Shown one piece after another: positions 1 through 14,258 of a DNA stretch of 64,000 bases. The notes beneath the pieces were generated by a model. That model was not told the origin of the DNA. It did not search any database and saw nothing but the letters and a program-made list of their open reading frames with translations. Each line of letters starts with the position of its first letter. The first letter of the stretch is position 1. The stretch comes from the human T2T-CHM13v2.0 reference genome, Homo sapiens. Position numbers and translations under genes: made by a program. The stretch is taken from assembly GCF_009914755.1 (NCBI RefSeq), contig NC_060930.1. One strand, given 5' to 3'.

Positions 1-619
1 ATACTTAGAACTCTTAATACTCAAATCTATCCTAACTACTTAGCAGAACCCTAACCATCTTGAAGCCAGCCATTTCCTTTGATCATGCCTGCACCCAGGA
101 AGTCAGGAGCTGCTGGCAAAAAATTAACAACACAGATTAATTCCACAGTAAATCCATAATCCCAAACCGTACTCCTCACTTTTCTGTCTGCTCATTCTCT
201 CCTTTTTACAACCGCTATTTCAAATCCTCTCCACTCTCCCAGAAACTCTATCTCTCTCCCACTCTTTACTCTCAAAAGAAGATCTAGCCTCCTGGATAAC
301 AGAAGCCTTCGAGCTGAAACTCTAACCTGCCTACCCCTACATGCAACCTCTCCTTCTACCCTCCCATTAAGGTGGGGAAGGCACCTGTCCTTTTCAAGGC
401 CCATCTCTCTGAGGATGCCCTAGATCCCATCTATCCTGCCTTTTCTGGAAACTGACCTTGTCTGCTTCCCACTCCCTCCTACAGAATCTTCACTTTCTCT
501 AAAGGACCCTTACTATCAACATTTAAACATGTCCAGCTCTCTCCCATCTTGGACAAGGAAGAAGGGAAGGCAGGACAGAGGAATGGAGGGACGGGAATGG
601 AAAGAAATGATAGAAAGTC

Positions 620-896
620 AGCCTGGCACCGTGGCTCACGCCTGTAATCCCAGTACTTTGGGAGGCCGAGGCAGGCAGATCACCTAAGGTCAGGAGTTCG
701 AGACCAGTCCAGCCAACCTGGTGAAACCCCATCTCTACTAAAAGTATAAAATTAGCTGGGTGTGGTGGTGCACACCCATAGTCCCAGCTACTCAGGAGGC
801 TGAGGCTGGAGAATCGCTTGAACCTGGGATGGTGGAGGTTGCAGTGAGCCGAGATTGTGCCATGCACTCCAGCTTGGCAGACAGAGCGAGCCTCTG

Positions 897-927
<31 letters not shown>
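620..927 (+). mobile_element. Alu (AluS-like)
   Basis: Full dimer with poly-A tail. Confidence 0.95.
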
Positions 928-929
928 TA

Positions 930-2375
930 GAGAAAGAGAAATGAAAGAAAGTCTCTGAGTCCCACATTGCTCTTTAGTGACTTCTCTTTCTTATCTCCCC
1001 ATCAAGGCCAAACTCTTCAGCAGTTGTCTAGGTTCACTCTTCCCATGTCCTCATCTTCCAATCCCTGTTCAACCCACTCTGATCTCACTTTCGTACCCAA
1101 GGACTCCATCAAATTCACTCTTGTTAGTGTCACCAATACTGCCAGTGTTCACAGATATATCTCCAATTCTCTCAGCAGGATTTGACACAAATAACCACCC
1201 CTTCCCTTTTCCTTGATTTACAGGGCATCATGCTCTCCTCATTCTTCTTTATCTCTCCAATTCTTCCTTCTCAGTCACCTTTGAGAGTTTACCCTCTATT
1301 TAATCTTAAACTCTTAGTGTTCCTACTCATTCTTCAGGTATGTTCACCCATGTCATAATTTCAAATGCCATGTTTATGCCGACACTCCCAAAGGTGTTAT
1401 CTCCAGTCCAGTCCTCTAGATGTGTATATTCAACCACATAGGCAATCAATATATCCACTTAGAAAGCTCATAAACACCTCAAAATCAACACGTTCAAAAC
1501 TGAGTTAATGATCTTCGCCCACTAAACAGACTCCTCCCTCCAGCTCAGTAAATGACAACCCTATTCATTAAGCTGCTCTTATTAAAACCCTGGAAATCAT
1601 CACTACCTTTTCCTTACTCCCCACATTCAATTAACCTCCAAGCCTGTAATTTCTGCCTCCTAAGTATCTCTGAAATCCACCCATTTCTCCACATCATGAT
1701 GGCCCCCACATAGCCTAGACACCACTGTCTCTCACACCACTGCAACAGTCTCCTAATTCATCTCCCCACATATCTTCTTCCCCTACCCTCCCCAGCCCCT
1801 ACCCTCTCCATTTTCTGTCACATAGCCAGCATAGCCTTTTAAAGTACAAATCTGATTATGTCATTCCACAGAATTAAACCTTTCACTAACGTCATACTGC
1901 TTTAAAATCAAAGTCTAAAATCCTTAACATACCCTACAAGGCCCACATGACCTGGCACCTGTGTACTTCCTTAGGCTCAGACCACGGGTTTCCTTCTTGC
2001 TCACTGTGCTGTGTTCTAGACCTCAGATACACCACAAACTCCTTCCCATCTCAGTCTTCATGCCTGCTATTTCTTTACATGTATACCTTCCCTCCCCTGC
2101 CTGTGTTCTCTCAAATTGTAGGTGTCTGCTTTAATCACTGACCATTCTACCTACCCCCCAGTCATACTCAAGATCAGCACTCTTGTCATATGCATTGGTA
2201 GCATCTGGGTTTTTTAATCAGCAACACTTATCACACATGAATTAAATAATTATTTGTATAATGAGATGCTTAATGTCTGTCTTCAGACTACAAGCTCTGC
2301 TCATTCATGCTATATCCCTAGTAGCTACCACAACCTGTACATAATAGGTACTCAATAATTTTTTTGAATGAATGC
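930..2375 (+). mobile_element. L2 LINE remnant (probably extends 5' of the Alu)
   Basis: Pyrimidine-rich L2 body ending in the L2 terminus TAGGTACTCAATAATTTTTTTGAATGAATG. Confidence 0.75.
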
Positions 2376-2539
2376 AGAAGAAATATTACATTTTCTGATC
2401 TCTAATGAAAGACACAGATTATTACACTATGTTCTGGCTTTCTCCCTATAGTCCTCAGAATTCATTATTTAATAATCTACAGTAAAAGTATATTGAATAC
2501 TCACCAAATACATAACCCAAATGACTAGCACTTCACAAA

Positions 2540-2597
2540 GATACACAGATACATAGATAGATAGAGATAGATAGGTAGATGGATGGATCTATAGATC
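2540..2597 (+). repeat. Degenerate (GATA/TAGA)n tract
   Basis: gatacatagatagatagagatagataggtagatggatggat. Confidence 0.7.
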
Positions 2598-3113
2598 TAA
2601 ATTTTAAACACTATCTAAATTTTAAACAAACCAAGTAGAATAGGACAGAGCCTACCAATTCAGAATCTGAGGGGGCAAAAGCATCCTCAGGACCATTCCG
2701 ATAATGCTGAATCACAATGAAACTATGTCCCTATCAGTTTAAACTAAAAGGAGAAAGTATGACTCTAAGGAAGAGGGAATCCCTCAGTTCTATCATTCAG
2801 GTTTCAGAAATCACTGTATTTTTCACCTTGAGATAATGAAACTATATGCAATCCCTCTCCCAGAAATTCTAAAAGGAAGTGACAAGAACCTAGGATTCTT
2901 ATCAGGGAATTCTATTATAGTTAAACTAATTATATTGCTGTACCACATAAATAGCTTACTAGTTTCTGGCTTTGATTCTTTTTTTCTCCTTGTTATACTC
3001 CTCTCCTCTCTCAATCAATCCATGTCCATTCACACTAAAGAAGGGTAGAAAGAATGCCTTGAGATTCAGCTTGTAGGTTTCCCCTGATGAACCAGCCTTG
3101 CTCTGTTCCGTCA

Positions 3114-3413
3114 TTTTTTTTTTCTTTTTTTGAGATGGAGTCTTGCTCTGTCACCCAGGCTGGAGTGCAGTGGTGCAAACTTGGTTCACTGAAACCTCAG
3201 CCTCCCAGGCTCAAGTGATTCTCCCACCTCAGCCTCCTGAGTAGCTGGGATTACAGGCACATGCCACTACTCCTGGCTAATTTTTTATATTTTTAGTAGA
3301 GACGGGGTTTTGCCATGTTGGCTAGGCTGGTCTCAAACTCCTGGCCTCAAGCGATCCACCTGCCTCGGCTTCCCAAAGTGCTGGGATTACAGGCATGAGC
3401 CACTGCATCTGGC
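3114..3413 (-). mobile_element. Alu
   Basis: Poly-T followed by reverse Alu dimer. Confidence 0.95.
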
Positions 3414-3625
3414 TCTGTTCCCTCCTTTAACTTGGCATTCCTTTCACTCTTTTGTTCTAAATTGCTATGGTACAATTTATAACACTCACTGATATTTTCC
3501 TATTTCCCCATATAAGGTATTTTATTTCCCCTAACTATACTGATAGTTTGAGGCCTGAATCTTACCCCTCTTTTCCTTCTTATCCTTTTACCAGCCCAAT
3601 ATTCAAGAATAGTAGGTGCTTGCTA

Positions 3626-4346
<721 letters not shown>

Positions 4347-4367
4347 TCATGACACATTTTTCCATAG

Positions 4368-4743
<376 letters not shown>

Positions 4744-5424
4744 TAAATCTATAAAGTACCTCAGAACTGTAGATGTCACACTTTTGAGCTAATGAATCAT
4801 ATCCAGCTCTACTGGGGAAATAAGGCGAGCTGAGACCAAGGCCTAGGATGAGTTGGAGAGAAAATACAAAAAAAGTTTCCCTGCCTCTTTTCACCTGTTT
4901 ATCCACTTCCTTTCACATCAGGGTGAGTTGAGCTGGGTACCCAGGTTGCTGGTAGAATCTGAGGGAAAGGAAGGGGGTTTCTACAACTCCCCCACTGGGA
5001 AGCCTCCTTTGGGTAGTGGGGAATTCATATGGAAATTCACATGCAGATTGGGTGATGCCCATAATACTGCACCCTAGAGTTTGAGGTGCTACTTTTAGCC
5101 TCTCTTTAATTCCACAGTACCTACACACATGAGAAAAGCATTTGCTGCCTTCAAAGACCCAAACTTTGCATCATGATCCCTGGCCATTCTGCCCACAATA
5201 GCCCTTGTTCTTTAGAGTAAATGGAACCCTAAAACAACTCATCTTAACCACTCAACACTGAATATGATGCTATATCGTATCCTGCTGTAGTTGACAGGGA
5301 CATGTCTTGGGTACTTTATTTTAAAGTGATAGTAAGATATATATTCCTTGCTATACCCAATGGAAGTGTGCCTGGAAAATACCGCATGTAAGCCTGAATT
5401 TATTTACCTCGAAAATATGTCCTT

Positions 5425-5745
5425 GGCCAGGTGTGGTGGCTCACACCTGTAATCCCAAATCTTTGGGAGGCTGAGGTGGGTGGATTACTTGAGGCCAGGA
5501 GTTCGAGAACAGCCTGGTCAACATGGTGAAACCTGTCTCTACTAAAAATACAATAATTAGTTAGGTGTGGCAGTGCACATCTGTAGTTCCAGCTACTCAG
5601 GAAGCTGAGGCAGGAGAATCACTTGAACCCAGGAGGCGGAGATTGCAGTGAGCCGAGATGACACCACTGAACTCCATCCAGCCTGGGCAACAGAGCAAGC
5701 AAGACCTTGTCTCAGAAAAAAAAGAAAAAAGAAAAAAAAAAAAAA
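5425..5745 (+). mobile_element. Alu
   Basis: Full dimer with A-rich tail. Confidence 0.95.
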
Positions 5746-5794
5746 CATGCTCTTTACAGAGAGATTGACCACAGAATTTATTTAATGCAAATAA

Positions 5795-6187
<393 letters not shown>

Positions 6188-6649
6188 ATGACAGATTTAT
6201 TTTAAATAACAGGCTGACTTAAAGCAGGATCCAACTAGGTACAAATTTATATTTAGTGCAACTATAAACAAGTTTAGACAAGTTTAAATTTATGGAATAA
6301 TTCCAACCACATTTTCATGAGACTACTTGCTGTCCCCGTAATACAAGAGGAACTTTCTCATTCTCCAATCCCAATGTTATTCCTCATGTTTTTCCTTTAC
6401 CAAGCATATCCGGCCCACACCTCGTGACTCCCACCAACCCTGACACTCTAATCTTTTCCTAGTCTAAACTTTATAAAGTACTTAGGAGCAGGAATTGTCT
6501 GTTTTTCTTTTTAAAATTAAGTGCCTCACAGCAGCTACCACACACCTAGAGAACCCTTAAGGTATGAAGAATGAAGAGCAGTCTTACAATTTCTTAAAAA
6601 TTTACCTCCCATTTACTTAGAGGTATTACTATGTGTTGTTTTCTAAAAC

Positions 6650-6965
6650 CTCCTTTTATCCCCATTTTACAGATTAGTAAACAGGCACAGAGAATGTAAG
6701 TAACTTGCCCATAGTATACCGCTAATAAGCAGAGTGGAACTGGAGTCCTGGCCGCTAGCTAGCTCCAGACTGTTCACATCACTAAGATGAAGTCACAGGC
6801 AATATCTCTTTTAATTCTTCCAACAGCCGCATTAGGCAGATGTTCTTTCCACTTTATAGAGGAGGAAACTAAGGTTCTGAGAAGATAATTAATCCAAGGT
6901 TACATAGTTAGAAGTTGGTGGACATGAACATTTCTGGCTACAAAGCTCAAATTTCTAACCACTAC
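6650..6965 (-). mobile_element. Two MIR fragments
   Basis: MIR core CCCATTTTACAGA...AAGTAACTTGCCC and CCACTTTATAGAGGAGGAAACTAAGG. Confidence 0.8.
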
Positions 6966-7299
6966 CAGTGTCTCCACCCCACTTGTTTCAGAAAAGGATC
7001 CTTCCTGGCAACTCCAGGTGAAGATGAGAAGAAGCCGTGGTGGAGTGGGTGGAGGAAGAGGAAGAGGGTTGGGGAATCAGGACCCCCAAGAAAACCAATC
7101 ACACCTATATGAACCAAAGATGTCCAACAGCATTCTTGGAAGCAAAAACCCAAATCCCAAGCCCCATAATGCCACCCCCTTTTTCTGATGACCCAACTCT
7201 ACAGACTCAGTCCAACCCCTTTTTCTTACTGTTGGGGAAACTGAGGCCCCCAGCGCTGACCATCATTACACCCTCCTCCTTTCCCAACTCTCCTGAGCC

Positions 7300-8250
7300 A
7301 CAGTCCCGGACGTGGTCCTGTACCCACCCCCGCGGCTCGGCTGATGTTGTCCATCTTGCTGACGACCTGTTGGAAGAGGGGGTAGCAGGTCTGACAGAGG
7401 CGCACGGGCCGGGCGCTGCGCACCAGACACCCTGTCAGCTCTGCGCTGCTGTTGGCGAAGTCCAGCAGGAGCTCCCGGCACTCAGGATCCAGATCCGGCA
7501 GGTCCGGGGGCAGCGACAGAGGCCCCAGCCCTCCACCCTGCAGGAGGGACAGGGACAAGTCCTCCACCTCCAGCAACTGCTGCTCCGACAGGAGGTCGTG
7601 GAAGACCCTGTGCGGACTGCTGCCGAAGGGGAGCGCGCCCAGGGCCAGCCCCGACCACAGCAGCAGCCCCAGCGGCAGCCACGGCGGCAACGAACACCTC
7701 CGCTGCGCGGCTGTCGGGCCCGGCTCCATCACCGGGCTCACACACCCCAGGGAGCCCACCGCCGCCTCTCCGCCCCCAGCCGGCACCGCGGACAGCCGCC
7801 GCTTCCGGTTTCCGCGAGCGCAGGCCGAGAGCCGGGTCACGAGGAGGGCGCGTCACGGCCCCGCCCCCTGCGCGCGGCGCCCCGCCCCATTGGCTGCCGG
7901 CTGCCTCCGGGCCGCAGGCCTTCGCGCGTGCGGGAGGGCGCCTACCCTGCGGCCGCGCGCTCTCCAGCCGGCGTTAGGCGCGGGGCGGGGCGGAGTGGTG
8001 CATTGGGGTATCCGTAGCCGAGGCTCGCCAGCCGGTGACTACGAGCACCCACCGCTTTGGACAATTGCATCTCGGGGGTCCTGACCCTTGAACGCCCAAC
8101 CCTCTGGGAGTTCCGGGCGTCCTACAAGTTTCTTACCTCTCTGGACCGACGACGGCCTCCGCTGTGGAAATGGCCGTCGGCTGCGTTCGCAGAGAAACCC
8201 CGCTGGCCTGTGCCTCGGCAGATTTTCTGCATGGTGTTCCTTAGCGTAGT
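7300..8250. promoter_or_regulatory. OSTM1: CpG island / TATA-less OSTM1 promoter and 5' UTR
   Basis: Very GC- and CpG-rich. Tandem ETS sites (minus strand GCGGAAACCGGAAGC, 7801-7815), GTCACG half sites at 7836 and 7852, GC boxes at 7859-7868, 7880-7888 and 7982-7995, and CCAAT on the minus strand at 7889-7893. Confidence 0.92.
7328..7729 (-). CDS. OSTM1: OSTM1 coding exon 1 (osteopetrosis-associated transmembrane protein 1, ClC-7 beta subunit): signal peptide plus start of the Cys-rich luminal domain, 134 codons
   Basis: Translation [51 protein letters not shown]...[51 protein letters not shown] matches human OSTM1. Strong Kozak (GTGATGG). Phase-0 donor GGG|GTGGGT at 7328/7327. N-glycosylation sequons NSS and NIS are present. 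Confidence 0.97.
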
Positions 8251-8368
8251 TTTTTCCTCATCCCATTTGGAGAGAGTAATAATGCCCGTTGGTTATTATA
8301 GGTGGTGGAGACTAGCGGTTTCCAAGCTTTTTGTTTTTGTTTTTAAAAAAACTCTCAACTGTCTGCCT

Positions 8369-8830
8369 CAGCGTTGTCAGAACTCTGTGAGATGAGGGAA
8401 ATATTCTACATCTGCGTTATTAAGGCAGCCACTGGCCACATGTGTGGTGTTGAGCCGGCTGAGGAACTGAATTTTTAATTTAATTTAGGGCCGGCGCGGT
8501 GACTCACGCCTGTAATCCCAGCACTTTGGGAGGCCGAGGCAGGCAGATCGCTTGAAGCCAGGAGTTGGAGACCAGCCTCGCCAACATGGCGAAACCCCGT
8601 ATCTACTAAAAATACAAAAATTAGCCGCTGGGCGTGGTGGCGCAAGCCTGTAGTCCTAGGTTGAGCGGGGAGGATGGCTTGAGCCAGGAGGTCGAGGCTG
8701 CAGTGAGCCGAGATCGCGCCACTGTACCCCAGCCTGCACGACAAAGTGAGACTCCATCTCAAAAGTAAAAAGTATTTAACTTAAATGTAAGTAGCCACAT
8801 CTGTGTAGTGGCAACTGTACTTGACGTAAG
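8369..8830. mobile_element. MER3-like hAT-Charlie MITE split by an Alu
   Basis: GCAGCCACTGGCCACATGTG...GAGGAACTGAATTTTTAATTT on the left and AGTAGCCACATCTGTGTAGTGGC on the right. Confidence 0.75.
8489..8772 (+). mobile_element. Alu (AluJ-like right arm), CpG-rich
   Basis: GGAGGATGGCTTGAGCCAGGAGGTCGAGGCTGCAGTGAG. Confidence 0.92.
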
Positions 8831-9224
8831 TCTGGTCCTACAGTGGCCAACAAGCAGGTTTGCTTGGAACTGAAGGGGTACCAGGGACGCAGCGCGTTCA
8901 GTGCTAAAGCCCAGGAAATCCTGGACAAACTGCTCAACTTGAAACTCCTATCCAGTTTCTGACATGCCCGAGGCAATAGCAGGGGACACTCTAAAAAGCG
9001 TCCTGATACCGTTGCCAGTCTGTAAAAAGAATTTAAGCTCATAACCTGGAAAACAGTTTTCTGACAAGTATCTGACCAACCAGATTGGTAGAAAATTATT
9101 TCCGGGCTTTGTGTCATCCTGCTTTTCAGGGTTGTAATTTTTGCCTTGTAAATTGCAGAGCTGTTGCACTAAAGTCTACTTAGCTTAGGGTCCTAATTTA
9201 TGTTTCTGAGGGTTCTTCAAAAAC

Positions 9225-9379
9225 TTTTTTGTTGTTGTTGTGTATTTTGTTTGGTTTGGTTTTGAGACATAGTCTCGCTAGACTGCCCAGGATGGCCTCG
9301 AACTCCTAGGTTCAAGGGATCCTCCTGCCTCGGCCTGCCAAACAATTGGACTACAGGCACAGGCTGCTGTGCCCAGCCT
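9225..9379 (-). mobile_element. FLAM / Alu monomer
   Basis: Single-arm reverse Alu with T-rich tail. Confidence 0.85.
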
Positions 9380-9813
9380 GGGGGTTCTTATAGTTACTTT
9401 TTACCCCGTCTGTTTGGTTATTGTTTTATGTTCCTAAATTTGCTTGGGATAGCTAAATTTTGTTTCATTTTTGTTACTAAGAAACTGAATAGTAGGAAAT
9501 TTGATTTGTGTAACAATAAACGTATTTCCAAAAGAGAAAATAAGTTGTCTTAAGTTTTGCAAAAGTCATCATGTAACTCTTAGGTCTTTCTATGTATTAG
9601 AATTATCTTTCTTTTAAATTCTTTCAAGCACCATCCTGTGTTGCAGGTGGATGTGTAAATTGTTAACTTCTATGGAAATCAATGTGCAGAACCAACAACC
9701 TTGCAAATGCACAAGCTCTTTGATGCAGCAAGTTCACAACCTTGTCATAGACACTTATTCATTACAATATTGTTTGTAGTGGTAAAAGGATGGCTTCAAA
9801 AAGCATGTTAAGG

Positions 9814-10086
9814 GGCCGGGCACGGTGACTCATGCCTGTAATCCCAGCACTTTGGGAGGCCGAGGCGGGCGGATCACCTGAAGTCAGGAGTTCGACACCA
9901 GCCTGGCCAACATGGTGAAACCCCGTCTCTACTAAAAATACAAAAATTAGCCGGGCATGGTGATGCATGCCTATAATCCCAGCTACTCAGGAGACTGAGG
10001 CAGGAGAATCTCTTGAACCTGGGAGGCAGAGGTTGCAGTAAGCCAGGATCACACCACTGTGCTCCTGCTCAAAAAAAAAAAAAAAA
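9814..10086 (+). mobile_element. Alu (AluS-like), right arm 3' shortened
   Basis: Dimer ending GCTCCTGCTC-polyA. Confidence 0.93.
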
Positions 10087-10520
10087 CTTAAGGAAATTAC
10101 AGACACTTTCCCTCTTCCTTTCCTTTCCATTCCCGGAACAATTCAATCTTAAAGGTCAAGTAGAGCAAGATAGGCATCGGTGCTTGGTAGGAATGGGGTG
10201 TCAGAGGCCCAGAGAGAGGTGTCAGAGCATAGGTAAGCTGAAGAGGACAGTGGTGTGAGGGAGGGTGGCAGCATCAGCCTGATGCAGAGTATTGGGTTCT
10301 CAGTGGATAAGAAGGGTCTCCATGCAGAGGATTGGGCAGCAGTGACTGGGAGGTTGCTTACATTCAGAAGGATTGATGGAATCAGTAAATATATTAAGAA
10401 TAATTGGAGTTCAGTTTCAGACTGTCAGAGAAGAAAGTTACAAATATGAAAAGAGAGAAATGAACTCTAATGTTGGATTAAAATTAGAAATATCAGTGCA
10501 AATTCATAGCTTAAAATACA

Positions 10521-11126
10521 TAGTCATCCCTTGATACCAGCAGGGGAATGGTTTCAGGACCCCCCACAGATGCCAAAATCTTCAGATCCTCAAGTCCCTT
10601 ACATAAAACACCATAGTATTTGCATATAACCTAACACATTTCCTTCCGTATACTCTTTTTCTTTTTTCTTACATGCTATTAAAGCATCCTCTTTATACTT
10701 TTAAATCATATCTAGATTACTTATAGTACCTAATACAATATACATGCTATGTAAATAGTGGTTATACTATGTTGGGTTTTTAATTTATATTATTTTTTAT
10801 TGTTACTTTTTTTCTACTAGGAGATACTACTTTTTTAAAAATTATGGTAAAATATACATAACATAAAAGTTACCATTTTTAATGTACTTTCAGTGGCATG
10901 TTACTTTTTATTGTGGTTTTATTTTTCTCTTTTTTTGTAGAGATGGGATCTTCCTGTGTTGCCCAGACTGGTCTCAGACACCTGGGCTCCAGTGATCCTC
11001 CCACTTCAGCCTCCCAAAGTCCTGGGATTAGCAGTATGAGCCGCTGTACCCAGCCCTCAAATATTTTAGACCTGCAGTTGGTCGAATCCCAGGATGCAGA
11101 ACCCATGCATACAGAGGGCCAACTAT
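10521..11126. mobile_element. MER2 (TcMar-Tigger) with nested L1 3' scrap (~10835-10898) and FLAM/AluJ monomer (10921-11055, minus)
   Basis: AGTCATCCCTTGATACC...CAAGTCCCTTACATAAAA...GTATTTGCATATAACCTA; end GATGCAGAACCCATGCATACAGAGGGCCAACT. Confidence 0.8.
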
Positions 11127-11129
11127 ATA

Positions 11130-12050
11130 TAGTATAGAAATAAATACAGATGTAAATTTATGTGTATACATTTTATATGTGTATGTACATATATGAATAT
11201 ATGGTATATGTATACATATATATGTACTTGTGTGGGTGTACTTCCTCTGGCTTTGTCCACTTAGAACACTTAGTAGCAAAGGTACCCCAGTGATAATGAG
11301 CATGCATAATGCCCAGATCTTGGATTTGAAGTATCATTCTCCACTAAAAGGAACCAAGGATCCTTGGAGAAATGGCTGATTCAGAAAAAGCACAAATTGA
11401 GACTGGATCATCTTGTGCCAGAAAGTAAGGAAGTGCTCAAAGAATAATGTTGGAAACATGTGAAGGGCATACAGAAACAGCTTGAATGGACTCCCGCTGG
11501 TCAAATCTGAGTCACTCTCAGCATTGAAATAATGATGGTTAACAAACTATAACCCATTACATAAAACCACAAGCTCATAGTGATCAATTTAAATAATAGA
11601 TTGATAAGGACTAATACATTTACATATTTTCATAGATTCTCCCCACCAAATACTTATTAATTACAAATGGGGAAAAAGGAGTAAATTTACAGTGGAAAAC
11701 CTTGTCCAGTCCTATGTTAATCAAATGATCAACATGAACATCATCATAATGGAACATATACAAGTTGTGTGCATCTGATAGGCTGCAATTAGAAGAATAC
11801 AGTGTCAGTTCTGTTATATTCCTGCCAAAGATGCATAATCTGATTCTAATCATGAGGGAAGTGTCAGACAAATCAAATTAAAGTTCATTATATAAAATAT
11901 CTCAACTACAATCTTCAAAAGTGTTACAGCTACAAAAGTCAAGGAAAGATTGAGGAACTGCACCTGACAGGACATTACTGGGACAACTAGCAAAATTTGA
12001 ATAGGGTCTGAGAATTAGATGGTAGTTATGTACATTGCTGATGAGATTAA
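11130..12050 (+). mobile_element. Old L1M (L1MC/MD-type) 3' UTR
   Basis: CCACTAAAAGGAACCAAGGATCCTTGGAGAAATGGCTGATTC; GACATTACTGGGACAACTAGCAAAATTTGAATA. Confidence 0.7.
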
Positions 12051-12424
12051 TGATTATGAGAGAAGATTATATTCATCATGATACAATAGCCCCATAGTGT
12101 AAGAATAAGGAAAGGTCTTGTCTTGAATGTAAACCTGATTTAAAAAAAAAAAAAGTAATGCTATTGCCTAAATTCAGGTCCTTTGCATCTCTTGTCTACG
12201 ATATTGTAACAGCAAAAACTAGCAATCAAAGGGAAACGTCTGGAAAACCAGAAAAGAAGATGAGAAATTGACCTACGATGCTACCTCACATTCCTCATGT
12301 AAATTCAAAATGTTAATCAAGACTCTGTGAGACTTTCAAAAAAAATGTTTTCATGAGAAATTGTTAAGAAAAATTACCTCGAATTTGGAAATAAAGTAAA
12401 AAACAATCAGCATACTGGGGCATA

Positions 12425-14258
12425 TTTTCTTATTCTTTCTTTGTCTTTTTCATATGGATTAATTAAAAAACCTTGTCTTTGAGCTCTGAAGTTCTTTCTT
12501 CTGCTTGTCAATTCTATTGCTGAGACTTTCCAGAACATTTTGCATTTCTACAATTTTTGCATCCATTGTTTCCTGAAGTTTTGATTGTTTTGTATTTATG
12601 CTATTTCACTGACGATTTCTCCCCTCATTTCTTGTATCATTTTTTATTTCCTTAAATTGGACTTTGCTTTTCTCTGGTGCCTCCTTGATTTTAGCTTAAT
12701 AACTGACCTTCTGATTTCTTTTTCAGGTAAATCAGGGATTTCTTCTTGGTTTGGATCCATTGCTGGTGAGCTAGTGTGATTTTTTTGTGGGTGTTAAAGA
12801 ACCTTGTTTTATCATATTACCAGAATTGTTTTTCTGGTTCCTTCTCAGTTAGGTAGGCTGTGTCAGAGGGAAGGTCTAGGGCTCAAGGCTGCTGTTCAAA
12901 TTCTTTTGTCCCATGGGGTGTTCCCTTGATGAAGTACTCTCTCCCTTTTCCTAGGGATGTGGCTTCCTGAGAGCTGAGCTGTTGTGATTGTTATTTCTCT
13001 TCTGGATCTAGCCACCCAGCAGGTCTACCAAGCTCTGGGCTGGTACTGGGGATTGTCTGCACCGGGTTCTGTGATGTGAACAGTCTGCAGGTGTCTCAGC
13101 CATGGATATCAGCACCTGCTCTGGAGGAGGTGGCAGGGGGGTGAAATGGACTCTGTGAGGGTCCTTAGTTTTGGTTGTTTAATGCACTATTTTTGTGCTG
13201 ATTGGCCTCCTGCCAGGAGGTGGCACTTTGAAGAGAGCATCAGCTGTGGTAGTATAGGGAGGATCAGCTGGTGGGCAGAGCCCTAGAACTCAGGAGAGTA
13301 TATGCCCTTTGTCTTCAGCCACCAGGGTGGGTAGGGAAGGAGACCATCAGGTTGGGTCAGGGTTAGGCCTGTCTAAGCTCAGGCTCTCCTTGGGTGGGTC
13401 TTGCTGCGGCTTCTGTGGGGAATGGGGATGTGGTTCCCAGGTCAATGGAGTTATGTTCCCAGTAGGATTAAGGCTGCCTCTGCTGTGTCATGCAGTTAGT
13501 CAAGGAAGTGGGAGAAAGCTGGCAGTCACAGGCCTTACCCACCTCCCAAGCAACCCAAAAGGCTGGTCTCACTCCCACTGTGCACCCCCCCAACAGCACC
13601 AAGTGAATTTCCAGGCAGTGGGAGAGCAGGGCTGAGAGCTTGCCCCAGGCTACCAGCCTCCCACTGTGAAAGCCAGCTGGGTTTTTGTTCCTTTCAGCCT
13701 GTGAAGTCTGCATTCCAGATTCATGACCTCCACCGGGTTCTGGCCAGGAGACTTCACATTCAGTTGGAATTGTTACAAAGTTCAGCTAGAGGTTTCCTTC
13801 TCCCTGTGGTCTTTTCTCTGGCAGCCCTCCTCAAGGACCCCTGTGAGACAAGGCAGAAATGGGTACCCAGGGGACCCAGAGAGCCCACAGGGCTTTTCCT
13901 GCTGCTTCCTTTACCCCTGTATTTTGCTCTGCTCTCTAAATTGACTCAGCTCCAGGTAAGGTCAGAATATTCTCCTGTGATCCAGACCTTCAGGTTCCCC
14001 AGTGAGGGTATGTGTTCAGGGGTGGACAGTTCTCTTTTCCCACTACCACAGCTTGGGCATTCACAGTATTTGGGTTGTCTCCAGTGTCCTACAGGAGTCA
14101 TCCGCTTTCTTCAGAGAGTCTGTGGGTTTTCTCAGCTTTCCTGGTTTATTCCTGCAGTAGTTCTGGAGCAAAAGGTTACAGTGCGAGTCTCCACATACTG
14201 CTCTGTCTGTCTGCGTGGTAGTTGCAATCTAGTCCCGCCTCCCGTCCACCATGATCCT
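12425..14258 (-). mobile_element. L1PB-type 5' end (5' UTR plus start of ORF1), no 3' part
   Basis: Minus strand starts GGATCATGGTGGACGGGAGGCGGGACTAGATTGCA, like the L1PBa 5' terminus; ORF1-like A-rich coding-type sequence at ~12430-12870. Confidence 0.75.

Noticed and set aside
7226-7327. ORF continuation past OSTM1 exon 1 (VGTGPRP...)
   Set aside because: Intronic read-through beyond the GT donor; does not match OSTM1 protein
7037-8084. Long plus-strand ORFs (326 aa, 210 aa) over OSTM1 exon 1
   Set aside because: Antisense shadows of GC-rich coding and CpG-island sequence, with low complexity and no recognisable domain
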